From Octopus bimaculoides (taxonomy: Eukaryota): a stretch of 64,000 nt of DNA. The stretch is from assembly GCF_001194135.2 (NCBI RefSeq), contig NC_068981.1, positions 158,657,560 to 158,721,559 on the forward strand, read 5' to 3'. The notes below the pieces were generated by a model. The model worked only from the letters and a program-made list of their open reading frames with translations, did not search any database and had not been told where the DNA came from. Positions 29,091 to 43,796 of this stretch are shown here, in pieces (the stretch's first letter is position 1; every line of letters starts with the position of its first letter). The position numbers were made by a program, and so were the translations under genes.

Positions 29091-29715
29091 ATGAAGTTAT
29101 TGCTACTGGTAACAGCTTTGTTTGCTGTCTGTAACATTCTGTCAGAAACTCTGGTCGCTGCTGAAACCCGGTGTGAAGGTAAGTACATAGAGAATAACTT
29201 TGTGAACTAACTTTGAAGTGCAAGTTTGATGTACTTGTACACACACACACACACATATATATATATATCTATCTATATATATATCTATATATATATATAT
29301 AATGTGCGTGTTGAAAGATACGTGTATATTCTTATAATCTGATGCGAATACTAATAGGAGTAGCAAAAACTTTGCACACCTTAAGTCTTTCCATCTCTCT
29401 CTGTGTATGTATATATGTGACCGTGTGTAAGAGAGCGCACGGACAACATTCATATATATATAATATATATATACAGATCAAACACTATCCGGTCAGATTT
29501 TTATTATGTAACTTAGTCCTACTATTCATCGACACCGATTGTTTTATGTAATCCTCAAATTGTCATCATATCGCTAAATGTACTTTTACGGGTCTCTGGT
29601 TTTCATTTACCATGACGTAACTTAGACTATATCTTTAACCTATCATTTGCTCGCTCATAAGTTTCGTGTATTGTCACACACAACACATGCATGTGTTGAC
29701 TAGACACTATACATT

Positions 29716-29754
<39 letters not shown>

Positions 29755-29836
29755 ATATATGTATATGTGACAAGGACTCAGATTTAGTAACAAAGGAAAT
29801 TAGATATGTGTATGTACTTCCCAAAATTTACCTCTC

Positions 29837-29884
<48 letters not shown>

Positions 29885-32800
29885 GAGAGAGAGATACATA
29901 CACGCAGGCATATACACACGTTTTTTTAAAAACTTCTGTGCCGCGTTTTAATCCAAATGTTTTTGTGCGTATAAAGTATAGGGAAAAGAAAACCTATAAC
30001 GATAGAGACAGACTTTTGGAATATCCGTCCCTCGAACTCCCATACTTCATAAGAAAAGTGTGCGCAAAGGAGGTGAGGGCAAGAATGTAAAAAGGCTTTT
30101 TTTTTTTTTTTCCTTCAAATCCAGGGAACAAAGAAATTTCACTTAACTGTTTGGATCCTGAATTTATCGATTTATGTGGTAAATTATTCCTTCGGTATTT
30201 AGTTATGGCCCTTTCCGTTCGGTGCTGAAACCTTGTCTGTGTCATCTTTACCTTTCATCCTTACGGTGTTGATAAAATAAAGTACCAGTTAACTATTGTT
30301 TTATGTAATGTTCCTATAAAGCATCCTAGATGTGAATGGAATTATGATAGAAAAGACATGACCGTGTATTTGGTAAAAGTGATTTACTTCCCCCCCCCCT
30401 CAATTTCTTAGAGGAGGATAAGTTGTCCATGACCTTTTCCGGGCCTCTGTGACTGATGGAAAAGGAATAAATTATCCTCAGTGACCGAGGGCTTGAACCG
30501 GATCTTTGCATTTTTGATTCGCCTATTTGAACAAAACCGGACACAGCGAACAAAGAGCCAAAAAGATCCCTTGGCCCAAAGACCTGCCAACAGAGGACTT
30601 TGTCGAAAGTACTGCGGGCCTTGTGCGGTTTTAAACCTATCACCCAAGAAAAGACACTTCTACAGACTTTCTTTCAATGACCGAATACGAAATTTCACTC
30701 GTCGAAACTTTGCTTGACCCGTAAATGTGGTAGAAAACACTTTCCCAAGATTTGCGCTTTTGAATCGAACTTGAAACCACAGTTACGAAGGTAACTTCTT
30801 AATTGCACAACTGTGTCTGTTCCCCAAGTACATCTTCAAATTTTGTTCCAAATTTCAGTAGAAGCATTTAGCAACGTATCCACCAGGTATTGCAACAATG
30901 CCACTTTCAACGTTGAATATATCGATCCACTTTCACTTTGTCATTTTCGTTTAGCGGCCGACAGTCCTGGAGTGAACTTTCAGCAGATTGGCACACATTT
31001 ACTTACAAATATTTGAAAATATATTTGTGTGTTGTCCACTGTTGATATAAAATTTTCCGAAGCCCATCTTGGTCAGAATACAGTTATTACAAATCTTGAC
31101 TCTATCCTGATATCCAGATTGGGCTCACTAATGACTTAAATATTGGCGTCCTTTTAAAAGTTCTGACCAACTTTTCTAAGCTGGAGTTCTTATTCGAAGA
31201 GGTAAAAACAAGATCTACAAAATATTTGCCAAAAATAATTCTACAAAAAAAAGAAAAATATTAACTCCAGGTCAGCGGCCATCAAACAAAATTATTCAAG
31301 TTGCAGTTTAACAAAGTAAAAGTAACTGCAATATTCACAGATCGCTTAATGTCAAAGCATCAAAAGTTCTATTCTGGTTTACCTTTAAACAGCAAACGTC
31401 TGGGAAAAAGCAGAATTCTCTTATTTCTTATTCGGGTGCTAGCCTTTCATATTCAAATGAGCCATCTCAATATATCAAAGGTATTTTACCAATACGCAGA
31501 AGAATGAACAGTTAAGTTGACATCCTGTAGACAAGGGAGTGGGTGCAAGATTAGTAAACGGGGTAAAATGAGTATTTTCTGATTTCTCGTTATTTTCTCC
31601 CTACCTATTTGAAATTATTACATTGCAAGTATTGCATCATCATTTTGTACTGTTACATCATCTTTAAAGGTAAAAATTGTTCAGTATAGTTGTTGTTGAA
31701 GTTGAGTGAGTTTGGAAAATAGTCAGGTGACAGGTACTTTTTCTTTTTTCAAGAATTTTTTCCTCAACATTGACCTGATTATAATGAAGGTTGCTAAAAA
31801 ATCTGGATAATTTTTGGTGTTTAACAATATTCTTTTCTCTGATGAATTCCAATTCAATTTTTCCCCCACATTAATGTCTAATTTGATGATTTTCAATTTT
31901 CAAAAAATGGGGTAAAATGAGTCGTGACTAATTTCAATAATTTTCTCTCTTTAACTGCATGATGCATAAATATATCATGAAAAGAGCCACTCCAGCAGAT
32001 CATGAAGAAGCTATAGAGTATGTTTTATGTTGAGTTTTTTGATTTAGCCAAGTTTTGTTAATTTCATATCATGTGCCATTTTTCCATGATACTCATTCAT
32101 TTGATCTGCATTTCTGATCCTTCTGATGTCTATGAGTCTATTTTCAGATATAATTCTGGAGAACTAAAGCAGCAAATTTACCTTATCTTGGCTTACTCAT
32201 TTTGCCCCAGTTAAATTTGTCTGTTACATGCTCAAAAAGAATGGTGATAGTTTTCTGAAATAGTGTTCAGATTGTTATAATGTTTCTAATGCATTGCTTA
32301 GCTGAAATAGTTTTTATTAGGTTGTGAACATTTGTAAAAAATATATTTTTTTATCAAAGTCAAAAATGCAATGATAAACTGTGACTAGTGAAGTATTGAG
32401 AAGTTAATGGGGAGCAGTCTCCAAAATAAAAATCTTTCGTAAGGTTTGTTTTGTATGAACACAGGAAAGAGCTGGAATATTTCTTGATTCTAGAAAGGAA
32501 TTGATGCAATTTTGTCATTATTTTTAATGGCTCTGTTGCGTAGGTGGGGGGAAGAATAAGTAGATTCTATAAGATGAATGGCAGATGTGTAGTGAAGAGG
32601 ATTATTCTTCCTGAGCAGGAAAGCTTTGGTAACACTTTGTTTCCTACATTTACTGTTCAAAATTGTTAACCATTACCTAAAAAAGGAAGATATGTGAATG
32701 CATTCATATTCATTGTTGTAAAAAGAAAATATAGAAGCTGCTTAAAATTGGGAGGATGTAGAGAGTGTACAGTTATGTCGTGTGCATGCTGGACATAGGG

Positions 32801-35083
32801 ATTGACAAATTTTTAATGTAGAAAGCGAGTTTGGGAGCCAACATGCTATAGGATAATGCTGTATTTGGGGAGTGTAGAATTAAGGAAACAGTTTTGAAAT
32901 GAGTGGATCTGATGCAGCCAGCAAGAAAGTTTCAAATATAGGGTATTTGTTTTGGGCTTAATCAGGATTCTCTAGAGTTCAAGACCATTTTTGTATCCTA
33001 GATATCATTTATAGAAAAAGCTCAATGCACATGATCATTAGTGATTAGCACTCTATTATCTCAGAAGACTTGTTCTGTAGGTTTGTGCTATATTCTTCTC
33101 TAAAACACTTGACCTTCAAATACTTTGCCTGTAGTAAGACATCACGGGTAAATTATTTTCTTGACAGAATAGAAAAATTATTGAAAGTGAAAGGTGTTAG
33201 CTGTCTTGACAACAAACTGATTTATCCAATGTAATTGCTCTTCCTTTTAGAATTAACATAAAGGTTTCCATTTAACGATACTTATTTTAGAAAGGAAAAG
33301 ACACACAAACTTCCGGAAGATTGGTACATATGTGTGTTGTCGACCTTGGTCAGGATACAACTATCACAGATCTTGACTCTGTCCTGACATGCAGATTGTA
33401 TGAGATGGACTCACTAATGCTTTGTGGTGGGTTGATCTGAATGCAGCCAAAATAAAAGTTTTATTAACTGGCTTTACAAGTGAGCAGAAGTGTATTTGTA
33501 CATGCCTCAATTACAGTAAGTGGATGGGTTTGTTTACTTCAGCTCTCCATCTACCAACCAACAAATCCAATAAGTGACACATAAATATAACCCATGGTAC
33601 TATAAGATAATCAAGAATATCATGGATAGCACTATATGATACTTTATTGTTTTGGACTATGACTGGAAATTAGTTTCTTTTAGCCAGGAATTACTGGTCA
33701 TTCGTAACTGAGGGAGATGGCTTTGTGCCAGTTAATGAAAGGTTAAAATAATAATAGAAGGGTAGATAAAGGTGTCTTGTAGAAGAGATATTCCAGTTGG
33801 AGAAGGAGGCTTAGTGAGAAAGCTAGAGATAGAGTGGGAAAAGCATTAAATCCAATTTCATACTCACATTGGTAGTGACTCCATAGTGAGTTGTTCAGAC
33901 CAGTGATTCAAGTAAAATAGCTTACAAGGTAAATGTTGATTTGTATTAAGATTGAATATTAGACCAAGGAGGAAAGAGGAGAGATTTCTTAGATTATATG
34001 GGCAGCTAATTGGGAGGGAGCTTAAACAGGAGAGGTCAGTATTTAGTGAGAAAACAATAGGGGGAAGGTAATTCATAGTGTCTTCAAAATATAGTGTTTG
34101 TGTAATGTTTGATGTCAAACCTAGACAAGTTAGAAATCTGTAGTTGGAAAAAAAAAAATCATCATACTCAGATATAGATTTCTAACTAAGAAGTTTGTTA
34201 TTATGATCTTTTAAAAATAATCAGTGGAATTTAATCACAAAACAGTATTATCATCACTTTAACATCCATTTTTCCATGTTTGCATGGGTCAGACCTATCT
34301 ATTTTATTACTTGCCAAACAGTTCTGTAACCTTTAGTGAAAAATTAATAATTCAAGTTTTATGATGTATTTGATATAATCAGTAGAGATCACAGTTATCT
34401 TAAACCAATACACTTTAGCATCAATTATTCAAACCCTTCCTCGCCATAATCAATTTAAATATGCAGTTGTTGAATTTTTCCAAGAATGCCTGTTTTTCAT
34501 AATACCTTTTGCTATAGCTCAAATTTATCAAACTGCTCTCTCAAAATACCCCTTTTACAGGTGATATTTTTCCAAAAACAGGCATAAATACCATTACATC
34601 CCATTGAAACTTTGTATCTAATTAACAAAGTATTTTACTTCAATATGTCCATCTTTTGTCATTTTCTTCCTCTTCCCCACTTGTTATCCTTCTAGTTCTC
34701 TTCATTACTCTCTTTCTCTCGCACACTCTCTGTTGCTTTCTTTTATTGTATTTCCTGTCTCTCCTTGGGTTACCCACTATCTCTCTTCATATTACTACTC
34801 TTACCTCTATTGCATCCTCCCTCCCCCTCTCTCTCTCTCTATTGCTTATCAGGGCAGGAAGGCTTGGTACAAATTAGTTTGACTAAAATGTTAAGCCTAA
34901 GCATTAGATTGATTCATGTGAGTTAATTGTCTAGATTACTGGCAAGTGTGAACATCATGATGCATATGTGTGTGAAGTCCACATTTCGTTCTCTTCCTGT
35001 CACTCAACATTGAGCTGGCCAACAAACAAAAACAAATGATCACTATACTTCTAGGTCCCTGTGCAAAAGAATTCTGGCCTTTG

Positions 35084-35127
<44 letters not shown>

Positions 35128-35687
35128 TAGAGTGTTAGGTGTGATGTACAGAAGTAAATATTGAAAAAAAAGTCGTCAGAATTTTGGAATAACTTCTTTC
35201 ATTTATTTTATACATATATTAGCGCTTTCGTTAGTCTTTCGAACTTGTCAAATATAACTGTGAAAATACAGAGATCTAGCTTATTTATATAAAAACAGGT
35301 GTTTTGGGGGGTTTTGTTTATAACAGAACATTGTTTTGTTTTNNNNNNNNNNNNNNNNNNNNNNNNNNNNNNNNNNNNNNNNNNNNNNNNNNNNNNNNNN
35401 NNNNNNNNNNNNNNNNNNNNNNNNNNNNNNNNNNNNNNNNNNNNNNNNNNNNNNNNNNNNNNNNNNNNNNNNNNNNNNNNNNNNNNNNNNNNNNNNNNNN
35501 NNNNNNNNNNNNNNNNNNNNNNNNNNNNNNNNNNNNNNNNNNNNNNNNNNNNNNNNNNNNNNNNNNNNNNNNNNNNNNNNNNNNNNNNNNNNNNNNNNNN
35601 NNNNNNNNNNNNNNNNNNNNNNNNNNNNNNNNNNNNNNNNNNNNNNNNNNNNNNNNNNNNNNNNNNNNNNNNNNNNNNNNNNNNNNT

Positions 35688-35731
<44 letters not shown>

Positions 35732-38700
35732 AGAGATGCTGAAAAGTTCCTGGTTTTAAGGGTATCACAAAATGCCTGGTTGGAGGCCCAACTTTTTGAG
35801 TTCTTTTATGTGGCTTAGGGAAACTGAAGGACCACTACAATAAGTGTGTGAATCGGGGAGGGGAATATGTTAGATAAAATCATAATTATAACTGGTCCTC
35901 CAGTATTTTCTTTTACCCAAGCCAGGAACTTTTCAGCACCTCCTTGTATGTATAAAGCAGATGTTTGTTTATATTTATATACATGTAGTTGTGCATGTAG
36001 CTTTATACTGTCTAAATTTGCAGATAAATTTGTCAGTGGGCAATTTAGCTTAATGGTAATGCACTTAGCTGGAGTCTTTGAGAGATGTGGGTTCAAGTCT
36101 CATGACTAGTTGTTAACAAATTTCTCTGCTTTGTAAGGGTAATTTATCCAATATTTTTGCTGTTCTAATGACATTTCTGCTTTAAGAAAAAAATTATTTT
36201 ATTTGTATCGTACAAATATATACATATATTCATTCTAGGTCTGAAAGATCAAGAATGGCAAATGTTGATGCCCTAAGAACAGACACTGGTCTCTGGGAGA
36301 CACAGGACATGACAGTGATGATAAGGGACAAAGACCGCTGGAGAGAACTCGTCCATGGATCTCGGGGAATTTTGCCCACCCTAGATAGATAGATAGATAT
36401 TCATTCTTGGTAGTCCATCGATCTCCAATGAAGACAGTCGGTGGTGTCAGCAGTGGGAATGTATGTGGCTCTGCAGCCCAAAGCCAGAAGCACACAGGCG
36501 CCCACAGGTTGGACTCTGGTAGTCTGTGATCAGGACTGAGGATGATGCGGCCCAGTGACATCTGTCTCATATATATATATATATTCACACACCCGTATGT
36601 GTGTATAATATTTACAATGTGGACAGAACCCTTCTGATCATTTCTACACAAGTCAATAGAGTTCATAGGAATTAAGTAATGGGGTGCAATGAAGGATGTG
36701 AAAGGGGATATAAGGAAAATATAAATGCACATCTCTCTGTTATTTTATCTGAATATTAATGTTTGTATCTTTGCAGTGTGTATGAAAGAAATTGAAATAT
36801 TCCTTAAAACTGTACCTCCTGAATCCAAGTCTAATTACAATGAACTGAACAAGCTCTTTAGAGAATTCTGTAAAGGTTCCAAAAGCAAAAGAGAAAGATT
36901 TGTAAGTAAAATGATAATCTTTGTTAGAATTTTTTATGCTTCTATTTTTTTTAATTCTTTAATTCTGAGAGACGGTATACAGTGACCTTAAGGACTCGGT
37001 TATTGTCCGTATGCTTATATATCCAACCTTTGCTATTGTTTTGTGTATATTGCCCTGCCTCAGTCTGTTTGACTGCAGGATGTCAAAATCTAAAAACAAC
37101 TGAATTTATAAAATTTATCATTCCCATGCTAGCTTTGAAAAATGAATAGAAAAGAATCCTCATCATCACCATCATCATTTTAATGTCTACTTTTCCATGC
37201 TTGTATGGGTTGGATGAAATTTATTGAGGCAGATTTTCTATGGCCAGATACTACTCTTGTTACCAACATTCACCTGTTTCCAAGCAAAATGATGTTTCCT
37301 CATGGTCCAGACATTTTTCTCACAGATTGCAAACAATACTGTTTGAATGATGGTGACATTTGTTTAGAGTTAGTGTGCAATGTCAAGACAAAGTAACACA
37401 CACACTCAACAGGCTTAGTTTTTTTTTCAATTTCTGCTTTCCAAATTCAACCACAAGGCCATGCCCTGCCCAGAGCTTTAAGACTCTTGTCTACCAATAT
37501 ACTTCACAGTGCGACTAAACCTGAAGCCACATAATTGCAAAGTAAAATTTATCTGTACAGCCATACCTGCATTTATCCTTTTTTTAAATCATTTTTGTAT
37601 GCTCCATGAGTATTTTTTTTAAAGCTTACAAACACTTTCTTTTAACTATTTAAAATTCATGAAACTGGTTTCACATAGTTAGTTGCTCTGACCATTATTA
37701 GGGATCAACCATGATTGTACAGGACGACTTAAAAAATCCTTTTAGCATTGTCAATTTTATATGTGATTTAAATACAAAAGGGACTTCAGAATCACTTTGC
37801 ATAATTTGAATGAGACTGGAAATCTTACAATTGTGAAATCGAGAGCAGTAGAATATAATGCCTATAAATATAAATTGATTTTAAATTGTTTCTTAAAGAG
37901 AGTGGCAGGAAGAGATAAGTCAGAATTTCGTTTTATTTTTATTTCATCCATCATTTGCTGACCATCTGGCTGAAAAGTGAACATTACACAGACCCATCCA
38001 TCTTTGCATAGCAGAATGAGCATAAAATGATTATTGTTGACTGTTTCATCAATAGTAGTATTTCATAATATTTAGTCATTTCTTTGGCCTGTTCACTGCT
38101 GTTTACTCTTTCTGGTTACAAACATTCTTCTCTCATTTCAGTGTTATTATGTAGGAGCTTTAGAAACATCAGCTACCAACATTATCAATGAGATGACTAA
38201 ACCATTGAGCTATAGTCTACCAATTGAAAAAGTTTGTCAAAAACTGGAAAAGAAAGATCGTCAGATCTGTGATTTGAAATATGGTAATTATCATCTTTCT
38301 TTTTTAATGTTCCACAATAATCATTAACACATACATATATTAATGGGGTTCTTCAATGTTCGTCCCTCAGATTCCACTAACAACTTATTACTCAACCTAA
38401 GGCTATGGTTAATAGATAATTACTCAAGGTTCTATATAAGGTGAGCAAGCCCAGAACCATTTGGTTATTAAAACAAACTTTTTGGCCACAAATACATTGA
38501 ATCAGAAAGGATGCTATGTCTTACTAAGTAGTGTAATATAGTTAGATACAGTGTAATCTAGGTAGACATGTTCTTTAACCTTAAGCAACTTTTATGGAGG
38601 GATGGATTTAAGTACCATAATAGTAGCTAGGTATGCTGTATACCTTTGAATAGCTTCTCTATGAAGTTTCAGTGAGTGGATATTTTAACTTGCATAAACA

Positions 38701-39220
38701 TTCAAAAGCCATTGTTAGAGAGAACATCTAGGAAGGACCTTTGGGACTTTACAGAGTCCCAGAAGTTTTGTTTTTAACACTTGAATTATGTAAAATGAGT
38801 CTTATAAGCCACTGGGTATAAGGCTACAATGATCTATTTAAGAAAAGTCTATTATCATGCTGCTGTTGCTTATAGTTGTGAACTATACCAGCATCTAATA
38901 CCTATTTTACAGCTAGATAGACGGATCACAGACTGTGTCCATAGAAAAAAAATTGAAGACATTAAAATATACTTGTAATTATTTCCGGTTGACTTAACTA
39001 TTTATTCCAATTTTCTTTTTCAGAAAAAATGATTGACTTAGCAAAAACGAATTTGAAGAAGCTGAAAGTTAAAGACTTGAAGAAGATATTATCACAATGG
39101 GGAGAAGATGGAGCATGCAAAGGATGTGCTGAAAAATCTGATTTTATCAAAGTCATTGAAGAACTAATGCCAACTTATGCTCCTGAAGCTCATGCTGCTC
39201 GTCAGAATGTAGAGTTATGA
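29091..39220 (+). CDS. MANF: Mesencephalic astrocyte-derived neurotrophic factor (MANF/ARMET family), complete, 4 exons, 183 aa
   Basis: Exons 29091-29178, 36777-36901, 38142-38283 and 39024-39220 are in phase. Hydrophobic signal peptide [17 protein letters not shown]; saposin-like domain with CEVC, FCYYVG, KVCQKL and [10 protein letters not shown]; SAP-like domain [18 protein letters not shown] with CKGC; eight conserved Cys; C-terminal RQNVEL (KDEL-like). Confidence 0.95.
35343..35686. other. Assembly gap (N run)
   Basis: Other gaps lie at 40739-40825, 45956-46236, 55411-55420, 56126-56135 and 63475-63663. Confidence 1.
35729..35948 (+). mobile_element. Internally deleted mariner element (MITE-like)
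   Basis: TIRs ..GATGCTGAAAAGTTCCTGG and CCAGGAACTTTTCAGCACC..ta. The interior encodes a transposase C-terminus, [19 protein letters not shown]. Confidence 0.8.
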
Positions 39221-40464
39221 CACCTCAAACTGTATATAATTTTTACATTTACCACTCCTCTGTATTTTGTGAAAACTTAACCAAAACATGGTCAAACTTT
39301 GTTTCAACATACACACAAACTTTATAAAATTTCCCAAAGTAATCAGATGTTTGAAATGTGAGGGAAAAGAATGTTCAGTAGTTTAAAAGTCTCATTCTAA
39401 TATTCTTTTTATCATTTCTTTGAAATTACCTCTGATTTCTTCATAAAGCTTCTTGTAAGCAACTCAAGCTAGTTGAAGTCTTCAATGTGATGCTATTTAT
39501 TGCTACAGCTAGCTTTATTTTCTACACTCACCCTCTCTCTTTGTTTCTCATGATATTTGACTAAAAACTCCAGAATGAACTGATACAACTTTTATTGCAG
39601 CCTGTACTTCTAAGTTATCTACAATGTCATATCATCTTTACTACATTCAAACAAAATTGGGAAATTTCAACTGTGGCCTATACTGTATAAAAATTCATTA
39701 AAACAAAACTACAGAAAATTTACTAAAACAACTACAAAAAGAAATTTTGTTTGTTTGTTTTTTTGTTTTTTTTGTCATTGTGAAAATATTGTCCCTCCCT
39801 CTAAACATTCAAACTGTGGCGAAAGATCTAGTTTGTTTCAAATTTAATATTTCTAAAATAAATAATGTTTATTTCCATTTGACATTTTTTGTTCTTTCAA
39901 TTCTTCTATTTTAATTTATTAACTTTAACAGACAATTTAATTGTAGAACATAATTTAACATCCATTATACTATGTATGAAAATTATAAAAGATACTGAAA
40001 GAAGGATCTGAAGCATTGGAAGGTTTTTGTCTCTTCTACAAAATTCTTATTCCTTTGTTCATTCTCAGGTTAATTACCTAAGACTATTTGGTGAATATTT
40101 TAATGTGTGCGTGTGTGTTGAGAGTTCAGATAAAATTCTTTTATGAAAATGTCTTTTGAATAATAAAACCATTTTAACTTAAATACACAATTTTTGTTGT
40201 CTTTCTGCAATGAAGTCATTTATTTCTGCAGTCGTTTAATGCCAAGTCAACGTTGATAGAGAAGATGGCATTCCAGCCACAACCATCCCATTATTACTTA
40301 ATGTTGTATCTTTACATAAGCTCGTAGTGGGCTTTTAGAGATTTTGCTGCTGTTTCTAGCAAGTTGAGCAACCATGTTGCAAAATAAGAGGAAGAAACAT
40401 GTTTTTGCTCATTAATCATATTAGGGCTGCAGTTAATGAGGACATATGGTGGAAATGCAAAGTG

Positions 40465-41130
40465 AGACCTGGGATGTGGTGGTGAGGCAAGACCTTCGAA
40501 CATTGGGCCTCACCGAGGCAATGACTTCTGACCGAGACCTTTGGAAATATGCTGTGCGTGAGAAGACCCGGCAAGCCAAGTGAGACTTAAATCCAAGGCC
40601 TCTGCCAGGGGTGTAGCCAGCCCACTTATGCATACCTTTCCTTAATTGGACACTAAACTCCGCTTGTGAAGACCTGTTGAGGCAAGTGAAATCGAAATTG
40701 AACTAAATTCGACGACTGGCACCCATACCAACGTCGTCNNNNNNNNNNNNNNNNNNNNNNNNNNNNNNNNNNNNNNNNNNNNNNNNNNNNNNNNNNNNNN
40801 NNNNNNNNNNNNNNNNNNNNNNNNNGTGTAAGGACTTTCGAGCGAGATCATTGCCAGTGCCCCTAGACTGGCTCTTGTGCGGGTGGCACATAAAACACAT
40901 CATTTTGAGCGTGGCCATTGCCAGTACCGCCTGACTGGCCTTCATGCCGGTGACACGTAAAAGCACCCACTACACTCTCGGAGTGGTTAGTGTTAGGAAG
41001 GGCATCCAGCTGTAGAAACTCTGCCAAATCAGATTGGAGCCTGGTGTAGCCATCGGGTTTCACCAGTCCTCAGTCAAATCGTCCAACTGATGCTAGCATG
41101 GAAAGCGGACGTTAAACGATGATGATGATG
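40465..41130 (+). mobile_element. RTE-clade LINE 3' end (ORF2 C-terminus plus 3'UTR with internal repeats and a (GAT)n tail)
   Basis: TWDVVVRQDLRTLGLTEAMTSDRDLWKYAVREKTRQAK* (stop at 40581-40583). The 3'UTR ends ggacgttaaacgatgatgatg and contains the N gap 40739-40825. Confidence 0.82.
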
Positions 41131-43165
41131 AATACATCTATGTAGAAAGTATTAGCTTCTGATGCAAATGCTAACTTTTGAAATGTGAAGATTATCTCAA
41201 ACAAGACAAATGAAGTTATATAAGTTGTTCTATTTCTTGCCTGTGTAGGAATATCATTACATGCCATGTTTATTTCTTTGAATATCAATATGAGAAATAA
41301 GTTCTTGGACATTGGTTATTTAAAATATTAGAGTTTTCTAATGTATAGGCACAGGTATGGTTGTGTGGTTAAGAAGTTTGTTTCACAACCACATGGTTTC
41401 ATGTTCAGTCCCACATTGTTGCACCTTCAGCAATTTTCTTTCAAGAATAAGGCCTCTTGGCCAACCAAGCCTTAATAGCAGAAACTTTAAGCCCTGTGTG
41501 TCTGTTCATATCACCTTGTCTTGACCCCACATGTTAAATGTAAACAAACATCACTCATAAAAGCAGTATCATTCATTTGGAATCTTCTGTGAAATCATGT
41601 CTGGCCATTGAGCTGTTCATTGTTCAAAGGAATGGGGGAAATATTACCTTGTTTCATAACAGTTGACAATTAGCAACAAGAAGAGCATCCAGTTGCAGCT
41701 GTAGAAAATATGCCTCAACAAATTTCAACTGAACCATACAAGCATAGAAAAGTGGACACCAAAATGATGATAATGTAAGCCTTTTCAGTTTCTTTGTTTT
41801 AGTTTTTTTTTTATGTCCATTTTTCCATACTGATATGAACTGGATGAGATTTCTTGGAAATATGCTAACCTGTACTTGTCTTCAAGTTAGATATTTCTCA
41901 TTCATAGGTCTTTATACATAAAAACTGCCTATCTGTCGGATATAAGGAACATAAATACATATTGCTACTGTTCCAAGCAGTCTCAATGCAAAGACAAACA
42001 TACTTGCAGCACAAACACACACATCAAACATCTAGTTTTTGTTTACCAAATTTCACTCACAAGGAATTGGTTAGTCCAAGGCTATTAGTAGGTGTCAGAC
42101 AGCAGGACCAAACCTAAAACAATGTACTGTGAACTTCCATATTTCATTTTGACCAATTCTAGAGACTAGCATCTAAACTGGTTACCATTTAGGAAAGCAA
42201 TAAATTGAAGACTTCTTTAACATGTTTTTTCTCAATGTATCAGATACAATATATACTCAAGTATTGTAGTGTCATCTTCATTTTCAAACAGCTTTATTTA
42301 CTAAAGGAGCTTTTGCACACTGATCCAACATGCTAGACATACCAGCCAGATTCCTTCAACATTCTACCAGCAAAGACAATGCCCTGGATAAACAAAAATA
42401 GGATGGCCACTGCTAGAACGTATTTGAGCTGACCTGTGGTTAACCACTTTCTGGTTGGTATTCTGCAGCCAAGGATTGTCGTTTCTTTTGTATAATTCAT
42501 GCAAGCACTTGTCAAATGCTTATAACTCTAATTTTACTCTACATAAGAGTAATATTCTCTTTTCACTCTAAAGCAAGATCTTTATAATAATAACAGATGA
42601 GCAGAATAAATTTTGAGTCTCTTGATAACAGACAATTTCAGTGCCTTTATAGAAATTGAGCATCTCATTGACTTGCAAATATTCTGACCACCTTTGCTGG
42701 ACAAATAACTATTTGTGATCTCGACTGACACCACCAAAAATACAGGATGGTTTCTGCATCTATAAGTCCATTCATTACACCAAGCCAGAGTAAAGCCTAT
42801 GGTCACATAATCTCCAAAGGTTTGGTTGATCCTTCCAGTGTAACAATATCCAGATGATCGGAACATGTGACTTGATAAGATTGGGATCCTGTTTGTAAAC
42901 CCAAGCCCCACTCTACTCCTGCCTTCAAAAAACCATCCTCTAAAGATGCATTGAAATTGATGTAACCTGATAAAAAGCTGGCATGAGCAAAAATGATTAC
43001 ATTTAGATATAAGTGAAAAGCTTTATGTTTATATCACAAGGAAGTATTATGCAACTTTTCCCAAAGAACACATGTGAGGCATTTCCAGCAAGCAAATAGA
43101 TGGTATGCTATGATTAACAATTTGAGAATTTACCACTGTGCAACTGTAGACATCACAATATGATA

Positions 43166-43385
43166 TATTGGGTTGGTGCATAATTATTGCGGCTTATTTA
43201 CAACAAATTTTATTCAACAAAAACAATAACAACATGTAACAAAAACATCTTTAAATGATTATTCCGGAACATATTCACCATCTACTTTAATTACTGCTTT
43301 CCATTTGCTTGGCAGATGGTCAGACCGTCATTTAAAGATATTTTTGTTAAATATTATTGTTTTTGTTGAAAAAAGCCGCAATATT
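43166..43385 (-). mobile_element. Internally deleted mariner element
   Basis: TIR tattgggttggtgcataattattgcggc with a partial opposite end gccgcaata. The minus strand encodes LPSKWKAVIKVDGEYVPE*, a mariner transposase C-terminus. Confidence 0.75.
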
Positions 43386-43796
43386 TCTATCAGATTGTAC
43401 TGAATTTATTTGGAGACAGATTAAAATATTTCTCATTTACTTTTACTCCTTTGATACACAGCCTACTGACTAGTTTCCCATTTCCCTAATTCATATGAGC
43501 TGGTTTGGTACTACTGTTGGTAAAGAGTATATCTAGCTATCTGTCTATCTTAGTCTCAGAGACTAAGATAGAGATGTGTTGTTTTTTGGTACCAGGTCAT
43601 AATGTTTGGTACCAGCCACATTGTGTGATGTAATCCTGCTGCCTCTGACTGCCCAAGCCACTGTATAGACTGCCCTACCTCTTTTTCCCTGCTAATCATT
43701 TATGAAGCTTAAATCTGAGTAACAATGGAATGCTCTACATGTGCAACAGAGCTGCCTCTCATTTCTACACAGAGGGGACAAGCAAGGACAGACAAA

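Noticed and set aside
42582-42780. Resemblance of CNEWTYRC..ITNSYLSSKGGQNICK to rhabdovirus G, or of YRCRNHP to the L-protein FRHWGHP motif
   Set aside because: Only a few scattered identities, with inconsistent spacing and distance to the hydrophobic segment. Kept only as an unassigned island.
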